64,000 nucleotides of DNA from Anaeramoeba ignava BMAN (taxonomy: Eukaryota; Protista; Anaeramoebae). Below the pieces are notes generated by a model. It made no database searches, was not told the DNA's origin, and was given only the letters and a program-made list of their open reading frames with translations. The stretch is taken from NCBI GenBank assembly GCA_028826165.1, contig JAPDFW010000061.1, forward strand, positions 434,001-498,000. Reading direction: 5' to 3'. Positions 11,030-22,537 of this stretch are shown here, piece after piece. A program made the position numbers and the translations under genes. The first letter of the stretch is position 1. Every line of letters starts with the position of its first letter.

Positions 11030-12360
11030 AAAAAAAAGTTTTAATTATTCAATTTTTTTCATTTATTAATTAATTTCAACATTTTTAACAAAAAAAATGA
11101 AATTCAATTCAAATCAAACAAATTTTATTTTCCAAATGATGGAGAAGTTTCAATTTCAAATGATGGGAATATTGCTTTAATTGGAGCTGCGGAAAAGCTT
11201 ATATTTTCCAAAAAAATGAAACAATTTGGAATCAATCTCAAATTTTAATTGCAAGTGATGGAGAAGAAAATGATTATTTTGGAACAAGTGTTTCAATTTC
11301 AAATGATGGGAATATTGTTTTAATTGGAGCTCCTTTTGCAAATGTTGGAAATAATAATGAACAAGGAAAAGCTTATATTTTCCAAAAAAATGGAAACAAT
11401 TTGGAATCAATCTCAAATTTTAATTGCAAATGATGGAGAAGAAAATGATTATTTTGGAACAAGTGTTTCAATTTCAAATGATGGGAATATTGTTTTAATT
11501 GGAGCTCCTTATGCAACTGTTGGAAATAATTAAGAACAAGGAAAAGCTTATATTTTCCAAAAAAATGGAACAATTTGGAATCAATCTCAAATTTTAATTG
11601 CAAATGATGATGGAAACAAAATGATTATTTTTGGAACAAGTGTTTCAATTTCAAATGATTCAAATATTCTTTTAATTGGAGCTTTTGGTAGAAAAGTTTA
11701 TATTTTTCAAAACAATGGAAATCAATGGAATCAAATCCAAATTTTAACTTCAAGTGATGGACAGGAATATGACAACTTTGGATCAAGTGTTTCAATTTCA
11801 AGTGATTCTTCTTTGATTTTGATTGGTGCTTATCAAGCAGATGTTGAGGATCATCGTTCACAAGGAAAAGCTTATATTTTTCAAAAAAATGGAAATCAAT
11901 GGTATCAAATCCAAATTTTAACTTCAAGTGATGGAAAAGCAGGTGATCAATTTGGAACAAGTGTTTCAATTTCAGAAGATACTTCTTTGATTTTAATTGG
12001 ATCTTTTAATGCTTATGTTGACTGGAATAATACACAAGGAAAAGCTTATATTTTCCAAAAAAATGGAACATATTGGAATCAAATCCAAATTTTAATTTCA
12101 AGTTATGAACAATTTGAAGTAGATTTTGGAACAAGTGTTTTGATATCTAATAATTTCGCATTAATTATTTAATGAAGAAAAATGTGTTTTTAAAAATTAA
12201 AAGTCCTTCTCCAATTCAAAATCTTCTTCTTCATCCATCAAATTCAAATCAAAAATAAAAATCAAATTTCTTCAAATTCAATTCACCTTAAAATTCACCT
12301 TCAAATCTTTTAGCTATTTTTCATCAAAAAGAAAAGAAAGTTCAAAAAAAAAAAAATTTT
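11030..12360 (+). CDS. FG-GAP receptor 3, frameshifted/degenerate
   Basis: FG-GAP units in ORFs 11324-11533 and 11621-12172, a Ser-rich linker and a basic stretch near 12200-12345. Boundaries approximate. Confidence 0.55.
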
Positions 12361-12619
12361 TTAATTTCAAAATTAAAAATAAAAAGGAAATTCAAACAAA
12401 TTTGTTAAAAAATTTTATTTTAAAAATTAAAATCAAAAAAAAAAATCAAAGGAAAAAAGAAAAAAAAACAAAATTAAAAAAAAAAAAAAAATCAAAAATT
12501 AAAAAGAAAATTAATTCAATTTTAAAAAAAAAAAAATTTTTTTTTTTAAAAAAAAATAAAAAATCAAAATTTTTTTTCTTTTTCAAATTTTTAAAAAAAA
12601 TTAATTCAAAAATAAAATT

Positions 12620-14054
12620 TTGAAATTAATTTTTATTATTTTTTTTTTAATTAATTTTTTAAATTTCAACAAAAAATGAAATTCCTTTTTCCAATATCAA
12701 ACAAGTTTATTTGCAAATGATGGAGAAGAAGGAATTGATTTGTTTGGATCAAGTGTTTCAATTTCAAATGATGGGAATATTCTTTTGATCATTGACAGTC
12801 TTGGCAAATGTTGAAAAATGACAACAAGGAAAAGCTTATATTTTCCAAAAATGAAAAAACAATTTGGAATCAATTTCAAATTTTAATTGCAAGTGATGGA
12901 GAAGCAAATGATTATTTTGGATCAAGTGTTTCAATTTCAAATGATGGGAATATTTGTTGGAGCTCCTTTTGCAAATGTTCGAAAAAGCTTATATTTTCAA
13001 AAAAAATGGAAATGATTGGAATCAAGTTGCTAAATTAATTGCAAATGATGGAGAAGCAGAAGATCAATTTGGATACAGTGTTTTTATTTTAGGGAAAACT
13101 ATTGCTATTAGTTCACCAAATGCTGATGGAGATTTAAATGAAGATCAAGGATGTGTTTATATTTTTAATGGGAATGAAGATGGAACAATTTGGAATCAAA
13201 CCCAAAAATTGTTTGCAAGTGATGGTCAAGATTATGATCAATTAGGATTCAGTATTTCAATTTCAAATGATTCAAATATTATGATAATTGGAGCTCCTTA
13301 TGCAGATGTTGGAAACAATGAATATCAAGGAAAAGCTTATATTTTCCAAAACAATGGAACATATTGGAATGAAATCCAAATTTTAATTTCAAGTGATGGA
13401 GAAAGTTGGGATGAATTTGGATACAGTGTTTTCATTTCAAGTGATTCTTCTTGGATAATAATTGGAGCTCCTGATGCAAATGTTGGAAGTAATTCAGAGC
13501 AAGGAAAAGCTTATATTTTCCAAAAAAATGGAAATCAATGGAATGAAACCCAAATTTTAATTTCAAGTGATGGACAAGAATATGATTCTTTTGGATGGAG
13601 TTCTTCAATTTCAAGTGATTCTTCTTGGTTAATAATTGGATCTATTTATGCAACAGATGATAGTAATGAACAGCAAGGAAAAGTTTATATCTTTCAAAAA
13701 AATGGAAATCAATGGGATCAAGTTCAATCAATAATTGAAACAAATGGATTTTATTATGATCAATTTGGATGGAGTGTTTTGATTTCAGATCAATTTGCAA
13801 TAGTTGGTGCTCCAAGTTCAGATTCTAATGATTTTGAATTTATTGAATCAGGAAATGTTTATGTAATTAATAATATTCCTTTACCAACTTCTTCATCTTC
13901 TTCAATTTCAAAAACAACAATAATTGTTTGTTCAACTGTTATTCCTGTTGTTGTTATTATTGTTGGAGTTATTTTAACAATTTTTTTAATTAAAAAAAGA
14001 AGAAAACAAAATCAAGAAATATCAAAAGATTACCGAGAATTAAAAGATAATTAA
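12620..14054 (+). CDS. FG-GAP receptor 4 (7 blades + TM, tail YREL); 5' part frameshifted
   Basis: Degenerate leader at 12620 resembles ATGAAATTAATTTTTATCATT of receptors 5 and 7. ORF 12954-14054 has five blades, TM IIVCSTVIPVVVIIVGVILTIFLI and KKRRK. Confidence 0.75.
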
Positions 14055-14153
14055 TTAATTTAAAAAAAAAAAAGCAAAAAAAATTTTTTTCATTTTTTTT
14101 CTCATTTTTTTCTTTTTCTTTTTCATTTTAAAACACAAAAAAAAAGAAAGAAA

Positions 14154-15593
14154 ATGAAATTAATTTTTATCATTTTGGTTTTGTTAATTCATAAAATTTC
14201 AACTAATTTTACACCTTTTCAATATCAACACATTTTAAATCCAAACGATCCAAATAATTTCACTTTTTTTGGACAAAGTCTTTCTATTTCAGGAAATACA
14301 CTTGCTATTGGTTCGTCTAATCTCGAAGGTTATGAAAAAAAGCCAGGAAGAGCTTATATTTTTGAGAATGAGAATAATAATTGGAATCAAAAAGCAAGAT
14401 TGAATATTAATGATGGAACAAATGGAGATGGATTTGGAACAAGTGTTTCAATTTCAAATGATATTGTTGTTATTGGAGCTCCTTTTGCAAATGTTAGTTC
14501 AAATATTTCACAAGGAAAAGCTTATGTTTTCAAAAAAAATGGGAATGATTGGAATCAAGTTGCTGAATTAATTGGGAATAATGGAAAACCTTTAGAAGGA
14601 TTTGGAATGGGTGTTTCCATTTCAGGAAAAACTATTGCTGTTGGTGCAATTAATGGAGATATTAATGAAACTCAAAATCGAGGATGTGTTTATATTTTTA
14701 ATGGAAATGAAGATGGAACAATTTGGAATCAAGTTCAACAATTATTTTCAAGTGATGGAGCAGATTCAGATGAATTCGGATGGGGTGTTTCAATTTCAGA
14801 CGATTCATCTTTGATTTTAGTAACAGCTCCTAATGCAAATGTTGGAAGTAATCAAGAACAAGGAAAAGCTTATATTTTCCAAAATAATGGAACAAATTGG
14901 AATGAAACCCAAATTTTAACTGCAAGTGATGGATATGAAAATGCTCAATTTGGATGGAGTGCTTCATCTTCAAGTGATTTTTCTTTTGTTGTGATTGGCT
15001 CTCCTTATATGAATGTTTCGAGTAATTCTACACAAGGCCAAGCTTATATTTTCCAAAAAAATGGAAATCAATGGAATCAAATCCAAATTTTAATTGCAAG
15101 TGATGGAAAAGAAGGTGATTTTTTTGGAGGTATTACTTCAGTTTCAAGTGATTCGTCTTTGATAATAATTGGCGCTCCTAATGCAGATGTTGGAAGTAAT
15201 CAAGAACAAGGAAAAGCTTATATTTTCCAAAATAATGGAACAAATTGGAATCAAGTCCAAATTTTAATTGCAAGTGATGGAAATGTAAATGATCAATTTG
15301 GAACAAGTGTTTTGATTTCAAATCAATTTGCAATAGTTGGAGCTTCTTGGGCAAAATCTAATAATGATGAATTCATACAAGCTGGAAAAGTATATTTGAT
15401 TGATAATATCCCTCCTCCACAACCAAATACATCTTCTTCGTCATCAGGCACAAAGGCAGCAATAATCGTTGCAGCAATTATTATTCCAATTGTTATTATT
15501 GTTGCAGCTATTTTCACAATTTATTTTGTTAAGAAAAAGATTAAACAGAAAAAAATGACTCAATATTATTCAAAAGTGAGAGATGAGCTTTAA
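14154..15593 (+). CDS. FG-GAP receptor 5 (signal, 7 blades, TM, tail YYSKVRDEL), intact 479 aa
   Basis: Uninterrupted ORF; seven FG..GAP..GKAYIF repeats counted. Confidence 0.92.
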   Translation: MKLIFIILVLLIHKISTNFTPFQYQHILNPNDPNNFTFFGQSLSISGNTLAIGSSNLEGYEKKPGRAYIFENENNNWNQKARLNINDGTNGDGFGTSVSISNDIVVIGAPFANVSSNISQGKAYVFKKNGNDWNQVAELIGNNGKPLEGFGMGVSISGKTIAVGAINGDINETQNRGCVYIFNGNEDGTIWNQVQQLFSSDGADSDEFGWGVSISDDSSLILVTAPNANVGSNQEQGKAYIFQNNGTNWNETQILTASDGYENAQFGWSASSSSDFSFVVIGSPYMNVSSNSTQGQAYIFQKNGNQWNQIQILIASDGKEGDFFGGITSVSSDSSLIIIGAPNADVGSNQEQGKAYIFQNNGTNWNQVQILIASDGNVNDQFGTSVLISNQFAIVGASWAKSNNDEFIQAGKVYLIDNIPPPQPNTSSSSSGTKAAIIVAAIIIPIVIIVAAIFTIYFVKKKIKQKKMTQYYSKVRDEL

Positions 15594-15679
15594 ATAACCC
15601 ATTTCCCAAAAAACAAAAGAGAATTTATCATTTTTTCTTTTCATTTTTTTTCATTTCATCAAATACAAAAATAACTAAA

Positions 15680-17053
15680 ATGATACAAAAAACAAAATTA
15701 ATTTCTTTTCAATTAATTTTTATTATTTTTTTCCTTTTTTTCTTTCATCAAATTTCAACTAATAATACCCCTTTTCAATTCCAACAAATTTTATATCCAA
15801 ATGACCCAACTGATTACATTTGGTTTGGCGAAACTGTTTCAATTTCAGGAAATAGCCTTGCGATTGCTTCAGTTAATGATCTTGGTTTTCCATATACCAG
15901 AAATGGAAGAGTTTATATTTTGGAAAATGAAAATTATAATAATAATAATAATTGGAATCAAAAAACAAGATTGAGTATTAATGATGGAACAAATGGAGAT
16001 GGATTTGGGACAAGTATTTCAATTTCAAATGATATTGTTGTTGTTGGAGCTCCTTTGATGACTGTTGGAAGTAATACTTATCAAGGAAAAGCTTATATTT
16101 TCAAAAAAAATGGAACTGATTGGAATCAAGTTGCTGAATTAATTGCAAATGATGGAGAAGCAGAAGATCTATTTGGATACAGGGTTTTCATTTCAGGAAA
16201 AATTATTATTGTTGGTTCACCTATCGTAAATATTAATGGAAAATTAAATCAAGGATGTGTTTATGTTTTTAATGGGAATGAAGATGGAACAATTTGGAAT
16301 CAAACCCAAAAGTTGATTGCAAGTGATGGAGAAGAATATGATCAATTTGGATGGAGTGTTTCAATTTCAAATGATATTCTTGTTGTTGGAACTCCTTGGA
16401 CAGAGGTTGGAACCAATATTCAGCAAGGAAAAGCTTATATTTTCCAAAATAATGGAAATGAATGGAATCAAATCCAAATTTTAATTGCAAGTGATGGTAA
16501 AGTAGGTGATTATTTTGGTTACAGTGTTTCAATTTCAAGTGATTCTTCTTTGATTATAATTGGAGCTTCTGAAGCAACTTCTGGAAGTAATATTTATCAA
16601 GGAAAAGCTTATATTTTCCAAAAAAATGGAAATCAATGGAATCAAATCCAAATATTAACTGCAGATGATGGTCAAGAATATGATCAATTTGGTTACAGTG
16701 TTTCAATTTCAAGTGATTCTTCTTTGATTATAATTGGAGCTCATTTGGCAAGAGTCGGAAGTAATCAAGGACAAGGAAAAGCTTATATTTTCCAAAAAAA
16801 TGGAAATCAATGGAATCAAATCCAAATTTTAATTGCAAATGATGGCCAAAATGAAAATGATCAATTTGGAACAAGTGTTTTGATTTCAAATCAATTTGCA
16901 ATAGTTGGAGCTTCAAAGGCATATAATAATAATTGTGAATTTATACAAGCAGGAAAAGTATATGTATTTGATAATAATCCTTTACCATCTCCATATCCAT
17001 CTACAACATTATCAATAAGTTCAAGTCCCAAAACAACTGTAATTGTTTCTTAA
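15680..17053 (+). CDS. FG-GAP receptor 6 (signal, 7 blades); stops at the start of the TM helix
   Basis: 457-aa ORF ends KTTVIVS*. A remnant TM/tail (..KHYYSKMRDEI*) lies downstream to 17145. Confidence 0.85.
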   Translation: MIQKTKLISFQLIFIIFFLFFFHQISTNNTPFQFQQILYPNDPTDYIWFGETVSISGNSLAIASVNDLGFPYTRNGRVYILENENYNNNNNWNQKTRLSINDGTNGDGFGTSISISNDIVVVGAPLMTVGSNTYQGKAYIFKKNGTDWNQVAELIANDGEAEDLFGYRVFISGKIIIVGSPIVNINGKLNQGCVYVFNGNEDGTIWNQTQKLIASDGEEYDQFGWSVSISNDILVVGTPWTEVGTNIQQGKAYIFQNNGNEWNQIQILIASDGKVGDYFGYSVSISSDSSLIIIGASEATSGSNIYQGKAYIFQKNGNQWNQIQILTADDGQEYDQFGYSVSISSDSSLIIIGAHLARVGSNQGQGKAYIFQKNGNQWNQIQILIANDGQNENDQFGTSVLISNQFAIVGASKAYNNNCEFIQAGKVYVFDNNPLPSPYPSTTLSISSSPKTTVIVS

Positions 17054-17356
17054 ATTCTTATTTGAATTTATTTTGAAAGTTTTTTTCATTGAGAAAAAGA
17101 AGAACAAGAAAGCACTATTATTCAAAAATGAGAGACGAAATTTGAATGATCCACTTTCTTTCTTTTTTTTCATTTTTTTTAGAAATTTAAAATTAAAAAT
17201 TTTTTATTAATTTTGATCAATTCAAATAAAAAAAAAACAAAACTGAAACTATGAACCTAAATTCAAACACGTCATTTAAGAATTGTATTGTTTAAAATAA
17301 AATTGTTTTTTTTGGAATAAGAAAGATTTTTCATTTTTTTGTTTTAAAGAAAAAGA

Positions 17357-18781
17357 ATGAAATTAATTTTTATCATTTTGGTTTTGTTAATTCATAAAAT
17401 TTCAACTAATAACACTCCTTTTCAATATGAACATCTTTTATCTGCAAATGATCCAAATAATTACATTTATTTTGGACAAAGTATTTCAATTTCAGGAAAT
17501 ACTCTTGCAGTTGGAGCAGGAAGCAACTTTTATCCTGATGGAGCAAAACCAGGAAGAGCTTATATTTTTGAACAAGAAAAAAGTAATTGGAATCAAAAAG
17601 CAAGATTGTTTGCAAGTGATGGAACGAATGGAGATGGATTTGGAGAAAGTATTTCAATTTCAAATGATATTGTTGTTATTGGAGCTCCTAATGCAAATGT
17701 TGGAAATAATACTTATCAAGGAAAAGCTTATGTTTTCAAAAAAAATGGAACTGATTGGAATCAAGTTGCTGAATTAATTGCAAGTGATGGAGAAGCAGAA
17801 GATCTATTTGGATACAGGGTTTTCATTTCAGGGAAAATTATTGCTATTGGTTCGCCTAATTCAAATATTAGTGGAAATTCGGACCAAGGATGTGCTTATG
17901 TTTTTAATGGGAATGAAGATGGAACAATTTGGAATCAAACTCAAAAGTTGATTGCAAGTGATGGAGAAGTAGCTGATTATTTTGGAGAGATGATTTCAAT
18001 TTCAAGTGATTCTTCTTTGATTGTAATTGGAGTTATAGGTGCAGATGTTGGAACTAATCAAAACCAAGGAAAAACTTATATTTTCCAAAATAATGGAACA
18101 TATTGGAATCAAATCCAAATTTTAACTGCAAGTGATGGTCAAGCAGGTGAAAATTTTGGTTCAACTACTTCAATTTCAAGTGATTCTTCTTGGATGATAA
18201 TTGGAGCACCTTCAGCAAAGGTTGGGAGTAATGGCTATCAAGGAAAAGCTTATATTTTCCAAAACAATGGAAATCAATGGAATCAATTCCAAATTTTAAC
18301 TGCAAGTGATGGCCAAGCATATGATTTGTTTGGATACAGTTCTTCAATTTCAATTGATTCTTATTGGATTGTAATTGGAGCTCCTAATACAGATAGTCAA
18401 AATATGAATCCTCAAGGAAAAGTTTATATTTTCCAAAAAAATGGGAATCAATGGGATCAAGTCCAAATTTTACAAAGAAAAAGTGGAGATTCAAGTCTTT
18501 TTGGATTAAGTCTTTTGATTTCGGATTCTTTTGTTATGGTTGGTTCTCCAGGTTCTGATTCAAGTAATGGAAAATACACAGAATCAGGAAATGTTTATCT
18601 GATTAATAATACACCATTATCAAGCTCAAGTTCCAAAACAACAGTAATTGTTTGTTCAACTGTTATTCCTGTTGTTGTTATTGTTGGAGTTATTTTGACA
18701 GTTTTTTTCATTAGAAAGAGAAGAAAAAGAAAGCAGGAACAAAATTCAGAAGAATATTCAAAATTGACACAAACTAATTGA
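17357..18781 (+). CDS. FG-GAP receptor 7 (signal, 7 blades, TM, tail YSKL), intact 474 aa
   Basis: Uninterrupted ORF with seven blades. Confidence 0.92.
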   Translation: MKLIFIILVLLIHKISTNNTPFQYEHLLSANDPNNYIYFGQSISISGNTLAVGAGSNFYPDGAKPGRAYIFEQEKSNWNQKARLFASDGTNGDGFGESISISNDIVVIGAPNANVGNNTYQGKAYVFKKNGTDWNQVAELIASDGEAEDLFGYRVFISGKIIAIGSPNSNISGNSDQGCAYVFNGNEDGTIWNQTQKLIASDGEVADYFGEMISISSDSSLIVIGVIGADVGTNQNQGKTYIFQNNGTYWNQIQILTASDGQAGENFGSTTSISSDSSWMIIGAPSAKVGSNGYQGKAYIFQNNGNQWNQFQILTASDGQAYDLFGYSSSISIDSYWIVIGAPNTDSQNMNPQGKVYIFQKNGNQWDQVQILQRKSGDSSLFGLSLLISDSFVMVGSPGSDSSNGKYTESGNVYLINNTPLSSSSSKTTVIVCSTVIPVVVIVGVILTVFFIRKRRKRKQEQNSEEYSKLTQTN

Positions 18782-18841
18782 GGAAAATCCAAATTTTATT
18801 TTTTTCATTTTCATTTTTTTCATTTTTTAAAAAAAAAGAAA

Positions 18842-20311
18842 ATGAAACAAAAAACAAAATTAATTTCTTCTATATTCATTTTATTTACTTTTTTCAATTC
18901 TTTTGGAAATGAAAATGAAATTTTCACTAATAATACTCCCTTTCAATATGAACACATTTTAGCTCCAAATGATCCAAATAACAAGATTTATTTTGGACAA
19001 AGTATTTCAATTTCAGGAAATACTCTTGCAGTTGGTGCAACTCTTCCTTTTAGTCTTGAAGAAAATCCGTCAGGAAGAGCTTATATTTTTGAGAATGAGA
19101 ATAATAATTGGAATCAAAAAGCAAAATTAAATATTAATGATGGAACAAATGGAGATGGATTTGGAACAAGTATTTCAATTTCAAATGATATTGTTGTTGT
19201 TGGAGCTCCTTTTGCAAATGTTAGTTCAAATATTAAACAAGGAAAAGCTTATATTTTCAAAAAAAATGGGAATGATTGGAATCAAGTTGCTGAATTAATT
19301 GCAAATGATGGAGAAGCTGGTGATTATTTTGGATACAGCGTTTTTATTTTAGGGAAAATTATTATTATTGGTTCACCAGATGCAAATATTAATGGAACTA
19401 GAGCTCAAGGATGTGCTTATATTTTTAATGGGAATGAAGATGGAACAATTTGGAACCAAACCCAAAAGTTAATTGGAAATGATGGAAAAGAAAGTGATAA
19501 TTTTGGATGGAGTATTTCAGTTTCAAATGATATTGCTATTATTGGAATACCAAATGCAGATATTGGAAGTAATCAAAACCAAGGAAAAACTTATATTTTC
19601 CAAAAAAATGGAACAAATTGGAATCAATCCCAAATTTTAATTGCAAGTGATGGTCAAGCAGATGAAAATTTTGGATGGAGTGTTTCAATTTCAAGTGATT
19701 CTTCTTGTATATTAATTGGAGCACCACAAGCTTATGCCAACGAAGATATACAACAAGGAAAAGCTTATATTTTCCAAAAAAATGGAACAAATTGGAATCA
19801 ATCCCAAATTTTAATTGCAAACGATGGAAAATTATATGATAATTTTGGATTTTATGTTTCAATTTCAAGTAATTCTTCTTGGATTATAATTGGTGCTCCT
19901 TATGCAAATGTTGGTGGAAATAATTACCAAGGAAAAGCTTATGTTTTCCAAAATAACGGAAATTATTGGAATGAAACTCAAATTTTAACTAAAAATAATG
20001 GAAAAGTTGGCGATGAATTTGGGACAACTGTTGTGATTTCCGATACTTTTGCAATTATTGGATCTCCAGGTTCTGATTCAAGTAATGGAAAATACACAGA
20101 ATCAGGAAATGTTGTTTTGATTAATGATATTTCATTCATATACATTTCATCAAGCTCAAGTTCCAAAACAACAGTAATTGTTTGTTCAACTGTTATTCCT
20201 GTTGTTTTTATTGTTGGAGTTATTTTGACAGTTTTTTTCATTAGAAAGAGAAGAAAAAGAAAGCAGGAACAAAATTCAACAGGATATTCAAAATTGACAC
20301 AAACTAATTGA
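18842..20311 (+). CDS. FG-GAP receptor 8 (signal, 7 blades, TM, tail YSKL), intact 489 aa
   Basis: Uninterrupted ORF with seven blades. Confidence 0.92.
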   Translation: MKQKTKLISSIFILFTFFNSFGNENEIFTNNTPFQYEHILAPNDPNNKIYFGQSISISGNTLAVGATLPFSLEENPSGRAYIFENENNNWNQKAKLNINDGTNGDGFGTSISISNDIVVVGAPFANVSSNIKQGKAYIFKKNGNDWNQVAELIANDGEAGDYFGYSVFILGKIIIIGSPDANINGTRAQGCAYIFNGNEDGTIWNQTQKLIGNDGKESDNFGWSISVSNDIAIIGIPNADIGSNQNQGKTYIFQKNGTNWNQSQILIASDGQADENFGWSVSISSDSSCILIGAPQAYANEDIQQGKAYIFQKNGTNWNQSQILIANDGKLYDNFGFYVSISSNSSWIIIGAPYANVGGNNYQGKAYVFQNNGNYWNETQILTKNNGKVGDEFGTTVVISDTFAIIGSPGSDSSNGKYTESGNVVLINDISFIYISSSSSSKTTVIVCSTVIPVVFIVGVILTVFFIRKRRKRKQEQNSTGYSKLTQTN

Positions 20312-20371
20312 GGAAAATCCAAATTTTATTTTTTTCATTTTCATTTTTTTCATTTTTAAAAAAAAAAGAAA

Positions 20372-22424
20372 ATGAAACAACAAACAAAATTAATTTCTTC
20401 TATATTCATTTTATTTACTTTTTTCAATTCTTTTGGAAATGAAAATGAAATTTTATGGAATCAAGTTGCTGAATTAATTGCAAGTGATGGAGGAGCAGGT
20501 GATTCTTTTGGATCAAATGTTAAAATTAAAGGAAACATTTGTGTAATTGGAGCTCCTCAAACAGATGTGGGAAATTCTTTTTATCAAGGAAAAGCTTATA
20601 TTTTTGAAAATAATGGAACATATTGGAATCAAAAACAAATTTTAATTTCAAGTGATGGAAAAGAAAGTGATAATTTTGGATCAAGTTCTGCCATTTCAAA
20701 TGATGGGAAATTCATTTTAATTGGAGCTCAAAACGCTCGAGTAGAACATAACTTTTCTCAAGGAAAAGCTTATGTTTTTGAAAATAATGGAACAAATTGG
20801 AATCAAAAACAAATTTTAATTGCAAATGATGGAAATGAAAATGATAATTTTGGATCAAGTATTTCAATTTCAGGAAATATTTCCATAATTGGTGCCTTTT
20901 ATTCAATAGTCAATTACCACAATCAACAAGGAAAAGCTTATGTTTTTGAAAATAATGGAACATTTTGGAATGAAAAACAAACTTTAATTGCAAATGATGG
21001 GGAATCTTTTGACGATTTTGGATATAGTGTTTCAATTTCAAATGATTTTTCTGTTATAAGTGCTTTTGAAGCTAATATTGAAAAGAATCAAAACCAAGGA
21101 AAAGCTTATATTTTCCAAAATAATGGAACAAATTGGAATGAAACTCAAATTTTAATTGCAAGTGATGGACAAAGAAATGACCAATTTGGGAATAGTGTTT
21201 CAATTTTTGAAAATTTTTGTTTGATTGGAGCTTATCAAGCATCTATTGGAGAAAATATATATCAAGGAAAAGCTTATATTTTTGAAAGTAATGGGAGTTA
21301 TTGGAATCAAAAACAAATTTTAGTTGCAAGTGATGGTGAAATTGAAGACTTTTTTGGTATAAGTGTTTCAATTTCAGATTATTTCGCAATTATTGGAGCG
21401 TATGGAGCCAGAATTAACAATAATAAATATCAAGGAAAAGCTTATATTTTCCAAAAATAATGGAACTTATTGGAATCAATCCCAAATTTTATTTGCAAGT
21501 GATGGAAATGCAGGTGATCAATTTGGAGATAGTGTTTCAATTTCAGGAAAATTTATTGTAATTAGTTCTCCTAATGCACAAGTTGGAAATAATAAGTCGC
21601 AAGGCAAAGCCTATATTTTTGAACTTGCTGATATCCCTCCTCAAATTAATATTGTGAATTGTAGTTCATTGTTTTCTTCGTTTGAATGTTTTTGGAATCA
21701 AATCAATTCAAGTTTAAATGATATTTATTATCAAATCAATTATCAAACCAATATTGAAAATTGGCAATTAATTCAATCTCCAATTCTTATTCAAAATGTT
21801 TTTTATCAAGTTTTCAATTCTTCATTTTATTCAAAAATAACAGGAAATGTTGATTATTCAATCCAAATTAGAGCTTGTAATACAACAACTCAAATTTGTG
21901 GAGAATCTTCAAATCAAATCAATTTGAAAACAAGAATTGATTCTGTTAATAATTTAAATTTCCAAAGTTATTCAAATTCAATTCAATTAAATTGGAATTA
22001 TCCAAATGTTCCAATTATAAATTCAATTCCAAAATTAAATCATTATCTCCTTTCTTATCAAATTCTAAATTCAAATCAATCAACAAACATTTCAATTTCA
22101 AATTCATCAACTTCATTTCAAATCAATAATTTACAATCATTAACAAATTATTCCATTTCAATTTGTGGATGTAGAACAGAAGAATGTTTAGGAGAAGATC
22201 AAGGAGAAATCTCAACAATCCAAATTCAAACAAATCAAAAAACAACTTCATCTCCAAAATCAAAAACAACAACAATAGTTTTGGCAATTATTATTCCAAT
22301 TATTGTTATTATTGGAATAATTTTAACAATCATTTTAATTAGAAAAAAAAGAAATCAAAGATATAAATTCCAAGAAAAAGAACAAGAATTTATTGATATG
22401 TGTTTATTTTCTGATGAAAATTAA
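20372..22424 (+). CDS. FG-GAP receptor 9 (7 blades, 2 FN3-like, TM); 1-nt frameshift near 21455
   Basis: ORFs 20372-21460 and 21363-22424 join at CCAAAAATAATGG, one extra A relative to the paralogous CAA AAT AAT GGA. Confidence 0.85.
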
Positions 22425-22537
22425 AGAAAGAATAAAAGAAGAAAAAAATTTTTTTCCTTTTTATATTCTTCTTTTCTTTTTCATTTTTTTCATTTTTTTA
22501 CTAAGCAAATAAATTAAAAAGAAATTTTTTTTAATTA

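Noticed and set aside
9296-12950. Calling receptors 2-4 (and 14-17) true pseudogenes or programmed frameshifts
   Set aside because: Most breaks are 1-nt indels in homopolymers, and similar breaks occur in SIN3 and a RING domain, which points to long-read consensus error. This cannot be decided without reads.
15579-15593. C-terminal RDEL as ER-retention signal
   Set aside because: The tail is cytosolic in a type I protein, whereas KDEL-type signals act in the lumen; the YSKV motif is the more plausible signal.
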